Source of the DNA: Microbotryum violaceum
Taxonomy: Eukaryota
DNA length: 64,000 nucleotides
Direction: 5' to 3'
NCBI GenBank assembly: GCA_001244265.2
Contig: LN717261.1
Coordinates: forward strand, 248,001 to 312,000
Under the pieces are notes generated by a model. That model saw only the letters and a list, made by a program, of their open reading frames with translations, did not search any database and was not told where the DNA came from. The position numbers and the translations under genes were made by a program. Below are positions 29,847 through 43,470 of this stretch, piece by piece. Position 1 is the first letter of the stretch, and every line of letters begins with the position of its first letter.

Positions 29847-30158
29847 GAGACTAGGTGGACGGCGTTCGATCTGGAGGGTCTTTGTATGATAGAAAAAGAG
29901 GGGTCGTTATTAGAAACAAAGTATAGCATGTATTCCAGTAACTAAACTGAATAAAAACTACTCTACCTGACGCTGAGAGACGGCCGCGAAACCCCCATGG
30001 TCCCCTTTCCACCGACCGTTCACAAACGCGAACCAGTCCCTCCAGTCGTCCCATCAGGCTCCACCTCCACCGTCACCAAAACACAGATATAATCCCCACT
30101 CTCCAGCTTGACCAACTCCCACGTGGACGTGCCAGTCCCAGCGCCCGAATCTTCCTCA

Positions 30159-31736
30159 TCATCCGCCGAGTCGGACCCACTGAGGACACCCGAAGAATGA
30201 TGGTACGTTGAGGCAGTTGATGCCTTCGACGTCGGCGGTGTCCTGGGACGGACAAGGGGGTACTTTGGGTGGGCAGGGCGGTGCGTCGGGTACGTCGAGT
30301 TCGTCGGGTAGACGGGAGGAGTTGTTGTCTGTTGTGTTGGTCAAGTTGTGGATGTCGGGGAGAATAGGTGGCGTAGAGGTGTTGCTTCTTGGTGGCGAAG
30401 TGGGAGGAATGACGATATCGCCAGCGCCATCTGAACTGCCATGATCGGGTGGGGTTGAGGTGTTGTTCGGTGGTGGAGTGGGAGGAATGACGTTACCGCC
30501 AGCGTTATTCGAACTGCCATGATCGTTAGGCTTATTCGCACCCGACCGCTGCTGCCTCAAATGCCACAGCAAACACCCCACACCCACCAGCACAAACGCC
30601 ACCACACCCAAGACCACACCAATCCAAATGCATCTCCTCCTTCTCCTCAGCTGATCATCCCTCTCCGCTCTGATCCCTCTCCTTCCCTGAACGACGATGT
30701 GCTTGCCCGCGCTTCCGCGAATCTTGCGTTCCTGCAATCCATCAGCGAGAACCCTCCATTCCTCCTTCTCCCTCTCGCGATGCCTCTCCCTTTCTTCGAT
30801 CCTCCTCTTCAACTCCGTCGCTTCATCCCCCCCATCTTCCAAAATCTCCTTCGACCCTCCCCCGCTCCCCTCACCACCACCACCAACCTTTTTCGTACTC
30901 GCTGCGCTCCTAATCCCCTTGGCTCCCTTAGCCGCAGTCCTGATGATCCACCTCTGCGCCTCCAAAGCTTGCCCTCCCAAATAAGCCGAGCCCTTGCTCA
31001 ACGTAGACCCATCAGAACCCCTCTTTCGACTTTTAGGACGATAGTTCGTCGTCAATGGTGCTGTATCAGCTGGGGAAGGCGCCTCGGAATCGGAAGGTAT
31101 GGGGGAGAGGGAGGAGGTGAAGGCCAAGGGGAAGGGAACGCCGAACGGTCGATATTTCGTGGGTGAGGCGGAGTAGGATCGATTAGGGAAAGGGAGGTTG
31201 GTATCGATGCTTAGGAGGGGGGCGGATACACGTCGTCTTGTTGAAGGCTTCCGAATTGGTGACCCGGTAGGAACGCGCGTTAGGGCAGATGACGAATCCT
31301 CCGAGACGGAAGAGGGATAGCACTGGGCATCCCCATTCCTCTCCTCCGCTATCTCGATCCCGAACGAATTCGTTCCGTCAGGATGATAAACCAAACTCGG
31401 AATATCAGGTAAATTCGAAGCCGGAAACACTTCCTTGATGGACACTTTTTCGGGATCGATGATGGGCGCATGTTCGAACGGATCACTCGCTACGCTCTCG
31501 CGCTTGTTGTCGGGATCGGCGTCAGGATCGGGATTGGTCAACCTCGTCTTCCATCGAGTCCGGGAAGGGCCGGACGAAGGCTCGATCAACAGCGCATGCG
31601 CCGGTGCGTCCGAATGCGGTGACGACGCTCCACCACTCTCCGAATCATTGACAATGAAGATCCACGCATCGTCAATCGGAGACGTCTCATCCACAGGCGG
31701 TAAGAGCGATGACGGACGACGGTCGGAGGGGAATGC

Positions 31737-31737
<1 letters not shown>
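30159..31737 (-). pseudogene. Single-pass membrane hypothetical protein, apparently 5'-truncated by a copia fragment
   Basis: Long ORF with low-complexity region, RRRRR followed by TM helix IWIGVVLGVVAFVLVGVGCLLW. Its 5' end runs directly into opposite-strand copia RT sequence. Confidence 0.6.
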
Positions 31738-33161
<1,424 letters not shown>

Positions 33162-35567
33162 TACTGCTGGCACGGACAGTACCGGTTTCCTTGAATTGCA
33201 CTGTGGGAAGCCATTGGTAAGTGAAGACAATATGCACTGCAGCTTGATTCGGGTTTTGAGCTGATTGCAGCACTTGACTTCACGGAAGTTCCCCGCTCCC
33301 ACTGCCTGCCGCTCTCAACTCAACACAGGATCAGGAAGGCGCACGTTGGAGAGAAGCGATGCTTTGACTCGTACACGCCCCCTGCAACTCAAAGCAATGA
33401 CCGAAACGACTGGAAGTTCTAATCGAGCATGACTCGAGAGAAAGCGGCCCTCACGGCGGGTGCAGGAACGGAGCGAACCTTCGAGATGGGTAAGGTCGGT
33501 TGGGCCCAACACGGCACAAGTGGCGGCGGGAATGCTGACGTGTCTTGATCATTGTCAAAAAAAATAATTGGAAGCACCGCGTGCAACGGTGCTGGTGGAG
33601 CGATGATTGCTCATACCTCTGCTGCTGTGCGTACCTTCTGACTATGCCTGCTGCATTAACCATTCACTCAAGCAAGGGGGGTTCTCTGACATTCCATGCA
33701 ACTTTGTGCTGACTTTAGATGCAGTGTGTGCTGGGCAAGTTGCTTCACAAGACGAACAAGTTCTTTACCAAGGTCTACGGACCAGTTGTCTTCAAGATCA
33801 TGGATCACTTCTATGATGGTTCTTATACCTCAATTACAGGTATCAGGACAACATTCCTTTCAGTCAAAACGCAAGCGCATCCTTGGCTGATTGGAGAACT
33901 TGGAACGCAGATGGCGTCTTCCAGCATACGCATGGGTCTGGCTTGACAACCACCAATAATCCGCAAACCGGGAGAGGTGGATCAAAACATGTCACACCAG
34001 TTCAATTCAACACCTATTACTTCCACATTCAGCCCAAAACTGTGTCCTTCCCTACACTATTCCTTGGTGGTCGACTTTTTCGAGAGTTTGTTGCCAATGC
34101 GTGGGCTCTGACAGAGCAGGAATGGCTGTGATGGATCAAGACAAACCAGAAAACATTAAGAGCCAAGGAATATTCGTCCCTTCAAGCCAGCCTTGCGGAG
34201 GGCATCAATCCGTTGGAAATTGGAAAAAGAGTTATCTCACCATCTTAGTACCCCAGCTCACCTTGGAACATGGTGCAGCTATACCAAGACGCCATGGCGA
34301 TTGTCCATGCTTTTGGCACACCGGATCTGTTTATCACAATGACCTGAAATCCCGCCTGGCCAGAGATCATAAATGTGTTGTTGCCAGGCCAAACCGCTTC
34401 AAATTGTCCCAATATTGTCGCACAAGTTTTTCAAGGCAAGCTCACAGCTTGCCTCCATGACATCTATGGAGACCATAGCAGACCCGGTGTGTTTGGCAGG
34501 GTGAGTTCTATCACATTGGTTTCAGGGTATTCTGTGTGCTGATGTACACCCCAAATATTGACAATCATTCAGGTGGTTGCCCACGTCCATGTAATTGAGT
34601 TTCAGAAAAGGGACCTCCCACACGCCCACATCCTTCTGATCTTACATCCGGATGACAAGCCGAAGACAAACGAAGACTTTGACCAAATTGTCACAGTGGA
34701 GATTCCGGATTGAGAAAAGTTTCTGACATTGTTTGAGACAACCACCAATTCCATGCTCCATTGTCAATGCGACCTCCCCGGACAACAAACCTGTCACAAC
34801 AAGAATGGAAAATGCTCGAAGGGATTTCCAAAGCAATTTCAGCATTGCACTACCAGTGAAGACGGGGGCTATCCGCATTACCGCCGCCACAATCTTCACC
34901 AGTTCATCAAGTTTCCGGGAACTGGACAGGAGGAGATCTATACCGATGCAAACATTGTACCAACTAACCCGTGGTTGGCTTTGAAATACAATTGCCATAT
35001 CAATGTGGAAATTGCGAACGGAGTTGCGGCGGTCAAGTATATTTACAAGGGTCATGACCGGACTTTATTCACCGTGGAAGCAGGTGCGCCACGTGACAAA
35101 GTGAAAGACTTCCTCGATGCACAATATGTCTGTGTTCCAGAAGCAATGCACCAACTGTTTCAATACCAAATGCATGGTCACAAACCAGCCGTCACACGTC
35201 TTGCACTGCACCTGCCTAACGAGCAACAAGTCCAATTTGATCCTGAAGACGGACCACCAACTATGGCAGCTCCACCAGAGACAACTCTTACGGCATTTGT
35301 GAAGCTTTGCGCCACAGTTCCACCGGTACCAAAGGCACAGAACTCACTTTATCTCGATGTGCTCAGGTCCTTTCGTTGGGATTTAAAGAAACGAGCTTGG
35401 CAAGAGCGGAAAACGAACACACCCGCCATTGGCCGTATGTACTTCTGCGGTCCGGAAGCCGGTGAATGGTATTACTTGCGGTTGCTTCTACTCAATGTCC
35501 CATCGCTGACATCCTTTGCTCAATTGAGAACTTTCAACGGCACCAAATTTAAGACTTTCCGGGAAGC

Positions 35568-36224
35568 TATGGTAAAGCAAGTGGTTGATCAAAGATGAAC
35601 TGAGACAATAAGGGATAAGGACCCTAAGAGCTCCTAAGAGACCCAAGACAAGAGGGACAAGCAAAGCCAAGAGACAGGGGTACGAGAGCCGAGAAACAAG
35701 ACTGGAACACTGAGGCTGGAGATTGGAGAACGATGCGAAACGAGACTTGAGACACCAGAAAGTGAGAACCAGCTAGGATGCTGTGTTGGGTCCTAGAAGT
35801 GGTCTACCTAAAAACAAGAAGCAAACTCCCCTCAAACGTTCCGACCATTCAAACCGCTGCGCTCCTTTCATTCCCCATCATCCCTTTGTCCGCGCATCCG
35901 GCCCGGTCTTCCATTCAAATCCCTCCACATGATTCATCGCTGATAGTCAAGTCTTGAGTCACCAAGGTACTGAGTTTATCCGGAACCGCTTAACCACTGA
36001 GAAATCTGCCAAAACCGGCGGCTTGACCCTTCCTGACCAATGGGATTTGAAACAACTCCCAAACTCTACCCAACTTTGTCCGAAATGACTCCTGAACTTA
36101 ACCCCGCTATGTCCGGAATGACCCCAGAACCCAACCCCACTACGTCCAAAATGACTCGACTCAACTCGACTCCTGAGCCCGAGATGCTACCGAAATGACT
36201 CCAACTCAACTCCTGAGTACCACA
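35568..36224 (-). mobile_element. Solo-LTR-like element with TGTGG..CCATA termini and 4-bp TSD
   Basis: AAGC is duplicated at 35564-35567 and 36225-36228. Removing the insert restores the Helitron frame F-R-E-A-C-V-K-R. Confidence 0.85.
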
Positions 36225-36714
36225 AAGCATGTGTCAAACGCATCACTCCAGAACACATTTCTAGCTGGGCATTACTCCAACTGGAGCAGATCCTCCAATG
36301 CTTAGGGACCAGTCTCTGTGATCACGGACTGCCTTTGCCAACAGCGACATTCAAAAACGAGCTCGAGCTATTGCGACTAATGATGGAAGAGTGGTCAACA
36401 CCGGAAGAAATTGAGCGAATGAACCGGGAGTGGAAGAAAAATCTGGAGGCGTTCACGGTTGAGCAAAAGCACGCATTCAACACAATTTGCGATTCAGTAT
36501 TCAATGTCCGAGGCAAGATGTTCTTCATCAACGCACCAGGTGGAACTGGCAAAACATTCCTGGAGACCACAATTATTTTGCGGATTTGTTCCGAGAACAA
36601 ATACACTCTGGCTGTTGCTTCATCCGGCATTGCTGCGCTATTACTTCCGAAAGGCATAACGGCACATTTGCGCTTCAAGATTCCAATCAACATATTTGAC
36701 ATCACTACACTATA

Positions 36715-39700
36715 TGTGGTACCAAAGTCCCCTATGAACGTGGTACAAGAGTAACCTCGGATGTGAGCCCAAAGTTGCCTCCGATGTGGGCCCAAAAGCC
36801 GACTTTATGTGAGCCCAGAGTGACAAGTGATTAGAGCGATTATGTGTGCGTGCTAAGTGTAAGGCCCGTGCGCCTGGGCCTTAGGAGGAGGGGACGCGCG
36901 CCTGGGCACTCTTAATAAGAGACTGACGAGCGTGTAATCCAACCGTCAGTTAATTGCATATGATAGTAGCCGTAGTGCTAGATGTACGTACCTGACGAGC
37001 GTGTAATCCAACCGTGGAGAGAAGACAACGGTTGGTGCGCATCGCCAGGCTTCACTAAACAAACGCGCGCTTCTAATCAAATAACTGATAGCCGCCTTCC
37101 TGCTAATCCTCATTCACAACACGCCAACTCGCCCCTTCACGCGATGAATCTATAAGCCCCATCGCGTGTACAAACTGATAGTGCTTCTGTGTCCCGAGCC
37201 CCTTGGTGAGGACGTCCGCAGCCATGGTGCCCGTGGGCACCCAGACCATCTCGATCGTGCCTTCCGCGATGTGGTCCCGGATGAAGTGAAAGTGGATGCC
37301 AATATGTTTGGTGTGAGCATGGAAAGCCGGGTGCTTGGCCAGAGTGATGGCGGACTGGTTGTCACCCCGCAAACGAGTCGGAGCGGTCTGCTCGAAGCCA
37401 AGATCCGCAAGCAAACGACGTAACCAAATCCTTCGCGAGCGGCGTATGACATGGCCACATACTCGGCCTCGGTACTGGAGAGGGTGACGAGAGTCTGTTG
37501 CTTGGCGATCCAAGAGATAGCCCCACCAGCGCACATGAACACGTAGCCCGAGACGCTCCGGCGAGTGACCGGGTCGGCGCCATGATCAGCATCGACGAAT
37601 CCCTCCAAGATTGCCGACATAGGCTGGAAGGACTTCTGATAGCGGATGCCAAAATTGCGGGTACCGACAAGGTAGCGCAGGATGTGTTTGAGCGCCTCCC
37701 AATGCTCCGCCGTGAAGTCGTTGCAGAAATGAGCAGCCTTTGAAACGGCGAACGCGATGTCGGGTCGGGTGGTGCCAGAGAGGTATAAGAGCTTGCCTAC
37801 AATGGCGCGATAGGGGATCGAGGCAGGATCAAAACCGGAGTCAGCGCGATTCCTCAGAGTCGACAGTCGACGGAGCCGTGAGAGGCGTGGGGCGGGGGGA
37901 GGCATTGGCCATGTGGTGTTCCTCGAGGATGGCATCGACGAAATGTCCCTGGTTGACGATCACAGCACCCGTCTTGCCCTCACAACGGATGCTCTGGCCA
38001 AGGAAGAAGGAAGCCTCGTCGGTGCTGCGAGCTTCGAACCGAGCCTTGAGCTGACAGAGCACGCCGTCGAGATCCCCGTCACCCGTGAGCAGACCGTCGT
38101 CGACATGAATGGAGAGGAAAGACCGTCGTTCCCCCTCTTTGCGCACGAAAACGGCATGATCACTGTCGGTGCAGGTGAAGCCAATGGACAGGATCCATTC
38201 AGTGAAGACCTTGTACCACTCGCGGCCCGCCTGAACGAGGTCGTAGAGAGTGCGCTGCAAGCGCACGATATCGCCCCGGGTAGTCGCATGTAGATCTCGG
38301 TCCCGCCGAGGTTGCCGTTGAGGTACGCAGACGAGACGTCGAACTGACGGGTCTCCCACTCGTTCTCGACGGCAAGGGCGAGTAACAGTCGATGGGAGGC
38401 GGCTCGACCTGTGGGCAAGAACGAATTGATATGCACCCCCCGACGTCTTTGCATGTCCCCGCGCGCAACAAGTCGAGCTTTGTACTTGACAATTTGACCC
38501 TCCGCATTGCGCTTGACGAGGAGCACCCACATGCTCCCGATGACAATGGCCCCGGGCGGGGGTCGAACCGGCTTGGAGAACATGTTCTTAGCGGCGAGAG
38601 CTCCCTCCTCCACCGACATGGCGGCCAGCCAGTAATCACAAAAGGGGCCAGCAAGGGCGGCCTGGACCGAAGGAGTGTCATCGCTGTCGATCTTGGCGAG
38701 GAGCGCAGAGACTTCCTCAAACGAGTACATCTGCGTGTCAGGGTCACCTTCGTTGAAGTCATCGAACTGGATGGCCGCGTGGTCGGCAAACTCCCAATGC
38801 TGTGCCGCGTGAGCAAATCCGAGGTAGTCAGGCGGACGGCGGGTCCGGGTGGAGCAATCACCATCGGTGGTGCGTTTGCCGGGCCAGGGTTCGAAAATGC
38901 GAGGGCGGGCGGAACGGGTGGCGGAGCGGCGGCAGCGGGAGCCACGGCCGGCGCTTCGGCGACAGGGGGCGCAGCGGCGGAACCGATGCCGAGCGGCGCG
39001 GGCGGGTAAGACAAACCGACCGCACAGGGATGGCAGGCATGGCAGGGCTCACCGCAGCGGGAAAGAAACGGTCCTCAATGAACCTGGCCTGAGACGACTC
39101 AAAGACCTTGTTGCGAACCGGATCAAAGAAGCGCCAGGCCTTGGATCGCGAGGAGTAGCCAACAAAGTAGCAGAGGCGGGATCGCGGGGCCAGCTTGTTG
39201 GGACGTTGCTCGGGGGCGAGCGGCACGTGAGCGGCACAGCCCCAGGTCTTGACACGGTCAAGGCGGGGGCGGCGGGTGTCCGTGACCGGGTCCGAGGGTT
39301 CGTGCAGCACAGAGTCTGGGGTGCGCTGCTGGAGCGGCGACGAGGGGAGCAGATTTATGACGTAGATTGCGGCGTGCGCCGCTTCATCCCAAAGTGCGGG
39401 AGGCAGTCCCGAGCGATGGAGCCAGGCGCGAACGGAGTTGAAGATCGTTCGCCAGCTGCGTTCCTGAACGCCCATCTGGCCGTGCTCGTACGCTGTGGAG
39501 AGCTCGTGGAAAATGCCCCGCGCGGCGAGCCAATCCCGGAGCCTGTATACACAAACTCGCCCCCTCTGTCCGTGCGCAGCGTCGTGACGCCCTGGCCCCC
39601 GTACTGGGTCTTCGACATCGCAACAAAATCCTGAAGGACGGCTGACGAGTCACGCTTGAGCCGGATGCTGCGAGCCCAGCGGAAGCGCGAAAACTCGTCC

Positions 39701-42050
39701 GTGATGCCGCAGAGGTAACGAGCACCCGAAAGTGCGGGCACAGGGGAAGGACCCCACACGTCGGCAAAGACACGGGAGAAAGGTGCGTCCGCGGGGTGGC
39801 TCGCGGGTTCCCGGTTCGGGGAAGAGACGGTTTTGCCGGCGCAACAAGCATCGCACTGATCGAGGAGGCGAATCTGATCCGGAGTTACAGCTGCTACATC
39901 AAGTGGAATTTGACCCGACCTAACAAGCTCTACCAAACGACCCCAAGAAGGATGACCCAAGCGCTGATGCCAAAGCACTACGTCTGTGGGCAAGGTGGTG
40001 GCAGTCAGCGCCAGGTGATCCGCCCGAGGAGGTGGGTGAGAACTTGCCTGAAGCACGTAGTGGTTGCGATCGAGGGCGAAGGAAAGGCGGGAGGTCGCGC
40101 TCGAGATCGCGATCCCGGTATGTTTCCCAGCCGCGTCGCACTCGTTGGATAGCTCATACCCGTCCTTCATCAGGCCGGCGAGTGAGACGAGTTCAGCGGA
40201 CAGACCGGGGATGAGGAGGACGTCGTGGAGCTCGATGGACGCTTCGTCGACACCGAACCGGAGAGTGCCCGTACCGGTCGCCATGGCACTGGAGTTGAAG
40301 GCGCCGACGACCCGGATGCGCTCCGTGGTGAAGGGCTTGAAGTCGATGAGGAGGTCCCGGCGAGTCGTCATGTGGCGGGTCGCACCCGAATCAAGCAAGT
40401 AGCGCGGGATGTCGCTCAGGTACAGCGCCGTGTCGTCGTCACCAATGGGTACGCCGACGACAAAGTATCCCTCGTAGGCCTCGTCCTCGAGCTGAGCCTC
40501 GGGTGCACGGTCGACGGCGACGAGCGCCATTACGTCGGCCGCGCCAATGGTGATGTTGTGTTTGGCGAGAACAGCGATGCGGCGGCGAGAGATCTCTGTC
40601 GACGGCACCGTGCATTCGTCGCCAAGATGTCCCTGCTCGTAGCACCTTCTGCACTGCATCCGACCCAGTTTCAGGCGACCAGCGTGCGAGATCCCGTGAG
40701 GCCACCTCTCCTTGAGGCCGGGCACCCTCGAGGGCTGAAGGAAGGGGGCGCCGAGGGACCGGAAGGACGGCCCGAGGGTTTCGAGCGAGGACGACCCGAC
40801 GCTGGCTTACTCCGAGACTGCACCCGTGCCGCTAATGCCTCCGCGATGGGCTCGATCTGCTGTCTCGAGGAAAGTGCGGCCCTACGTATCGCGCCCTCAA
40901 CTTGCTCAAGCGATGGGAGCGTGCCGATGGAGTCGATGACCGTCACGAGGTTCCTCGGCATCCTAGCCTTCAAGAGGTCCATGCGAACGCCCTCGGACAG
41001 CGCGGGCGGTGGTACCCACTTGTCGAAATTGCTCTGGGTAAACGATGTGCCGTTGATTCTGGCGCGTTGATAGGCTTTGTCACGGGAGACGTGGGCGGCG
41101 ACGAGGTCCTCAAACAACCGGTTGAAGTTCGCAAGCCATAGGTCGAGCGCTTCGCCGTCGACAAATGGCTCACACAAGAAGAGGGCGTCGAGCTTCGCTG
41201 AGCGCATGAAATCGTCCGAAGCGCGACCGAGATCCTTATCGAGCGCGGCCCACAAGTCGTGCGTGGCGTTGGCTTTGACGCGGGCGAAGGTGGACTCCCC
41301 CAAGCATACGATTAGCGTGTTGCGCGCCTGCGCAAGGGCCTGATCAAGAGCGTCGACATCCTGACAGTAAAATCGAAGTTGGTTGCGATAGGTGGCCACA
41401 TCGTCTACCCGGTTGTCGCCCTCCAAGCGAGTGAACTCGGACTGCAAAGGCTCGGGGCCGACGTCTAGAACATCGGTGACGTGCTTGAGGCGGCCCTCGC
41501 CTTTCAGGACGTTCTGAAGTCGCTCCCTGGCAACACCCCAGTTGGTGGCGTCGACTTTGCCGTATAGGTCGCCCATCAGACTGACGTGGTCAGCGCCATC
41601 TTGGATATGCGCTGCGTCTTTTCTGCGTGCGGATCTGTGCCTTGCGGCAATACAGACGCTACCAAACAAGAGACTGACGAGCGTGTAATCCAACCGTCAG
41701 TTAATTGCATATGATAGTAGCCATAGTGCTAGATGTACGTACCTGACGAGCGTGTAATCCAACCGTGGAGAGAAGACAACGGTTGGTGCGCATCGCCAGG
41801 CTTCACTAAACAAACGCGCGCTTCTAATCAAATAACCGATAGCCGCCTTCCTGCTAATCCTCATTCACAACACGCCAACTCTCTTAGTCTCTCCTCAGCA
41901 ACTAATGTAGAGTGTCCAAGTGAGCCCAGGTGGATCAAAGGCATTGTCATATCAGTGACTAACATAGAGTGTCCAGTGTCAATCCTACATACTTTGATCC
42001 TGTGATATCATTGTCGTCGCTCCGGTGTACACTCCTACGGGGTGTATTAC
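36715..42050. mobile_element. Probable solo LTR (TGTGGTAC..GTATTACA) split by the copia at 36914
   Basis: Non-Helitron sequence at 36715-36913 and 41886-42050 with TG..CA ends. No matching TSD, and the central helicase motifs are missing across the junction. Confidence 0.45.
36914..41880 (-). mobile_element. Near full-length Ty1/copia retrotransposon, frameshifted
   Basis: 216-bp LTRs at 36914-37129 and 41665-41880 (3 differences seen); TSD CTCTT; PBS TGGTAGCG; PPT GAAGGGGCG. gag with CRRC..GH...C, protease LLDSGAT, WHQRLGH, integrase [31 protein letters not shown], RNase H ADVLTKGL. Confidence 0.97.
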
Positions 42051-42799
42051 AGGGCCTTTCTACCCAGACGAACATGTGTCTTCTCGCAGCTGTGGACCAC
42101 ATGACAGAAATGGAACTGGCCAAGTCACGGGAGTTTGCAGATGCTTTTGAAAGTTGGTGATGGTTCTGCCAACATTGATGGTGGAGATACCATCACTCTT
42201 CCTGACCACTTGTGCCTCCCAGTTGACTCGAGACACAAGACCGGCTTGATCAACCACGTATATCCTCTCTCTGCAGATGATCTCACCCTGATGTCAACCA
42301 AAACCAAAGTTGCTTATTTCCGGGATCGCACATTTTGGCGCCAAAGAATGTGGATGTCGATGAACTCAACAACATGATCACCGAACTTCTTCCCGGCAAC
42401 GCTCAGACATTTTACAGCACTGACTCCGTAGACGAGGAGGACAGATCACTGTATCCGATGGAGTATCTCAACACTCTTAACATTCCCAGGATGCCACTCC
42501 ATGCTGTTCGAATGAAGGTTGGCTGCATGGCCATGCTGCTGCGCAATATGGACCCTGGCGCGGGGCTATGCAATGGCACCCGGCTGTTGTTGGCACGGTT
42601 GCAATCCCGTGTACTGGAAGCAATCATCTTGACTGGCAAAAATGCCGGACAAACCATTCTTCTCTCGCAGACCACGCTCAAGAATGCATCTCCAGCGGAT
42701 CTTCCGCTCACCTTCTACTGAACACAATTCCCCATCCGGCTGGCCATGGCGATGACAATTAACAAATCACAAGGACAGTCTTTGGGTCACGTTGGGATG

Positions 42800-43470
42800 T
42801 GTGCTTTCAGGAACTGAAGCCCAGGCACAAAGTGCATAAGTATGAGAGCCAAAGATGATAGTAAAGATCATTTGAGGTATTGCACAGTAACTAACCTGAA
42901 GCCCAGGCACAAAATGCGTAAGTACGAGAGCCAAAGATGATAGTAAAGATAGTTGGAGAAAGAAGAGAAGCGCTAAGGAAGCACGCGCGAGGCATGCTCG
43001 AGATACGCGAGGCGACTAATATCAACAACTAGTAACTAATCATAATTGGGAATACAAGTGGGATGAAGCAGCAATATCTTGACACCCCCCCGTGCTGTCA
43101 TACCACTGCACCTCGCAAACCCAAATTCTTCCAATGGAAGATGAACAGCTTGGGACCCAAGGTGTAAGGCATGTAAGGCGCCGCTCCGCTTACGCCTCAC
43201 GACAACCTCAGCGGCCGAAGCCTTACTTGCGCGCGGCGCCACGGGCGCCTCTTGACCTTAGTCCTTTTAGTAGTCTTTCTTCGCCTGCGAATTACACCGT
43301 TTGATCCTTTCAGTTCGGACTCGGAACCAGTGAGGCTCGAGAGCAATCTCGTGCCTTTCACAAGGCTTTGGTGAAAATATCGGCAAACATGTTGCTGGAG
43401 GCATTGTAACGGACCTCAATCTCCTTCTCAGCTACCCTCTCGCGGACGTAGTGTTCCAAGATGCGAATGT
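42800..43470 (-). mobile_element. Third copia family 3' end (RNase H tail plus LTR ~42800-43084)
   Basis: Minus strand [13 protein letters not shown]...[12 protein letters not shown]7 PPT, then TGTCAAG LTR containing a ~55-bp internal duplication. Confidence 0.8.
43163..43360 (+). mobile_element. Gypsy solo LTR
   Basis: TGTAAGG..GTGCCTTTCA, related to LTR 16625-16799; TSD CAAGG at 43158-43162 and 43361-43365. Confidence 0.85.

Larger units (their letters stand above)
33600..42800 (+). mobile_element. Large Helitron RepHel pseudogene with nested insertions
   Basis: YQDAMAIV..FGTPDLFITMT, HVIEFQKRDLPHAHIL (Rep HUH), KYNCHINVE, YYLRLLL, APGGTGKTF, ASSGIAALLL, LRNMDP..GLCNGTRL, FPIRLAMAMTINKSQGQSL. 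Many stops and frameshifts; GT..AG intron ~34501-34572. The 5' limit is uncertain. Confidence 0.93.

Noticed and set aside
36060-36215. CRISPR-like array
   Set aside because: Eukaryotic context; short degenerate subrepeats inside an LTR-like element without unique spacers.
41625-41664. tRNA gene ending in ACCA
   Set aside because: This is the complement of the copia primer-binding site; no cloverleaf is present.
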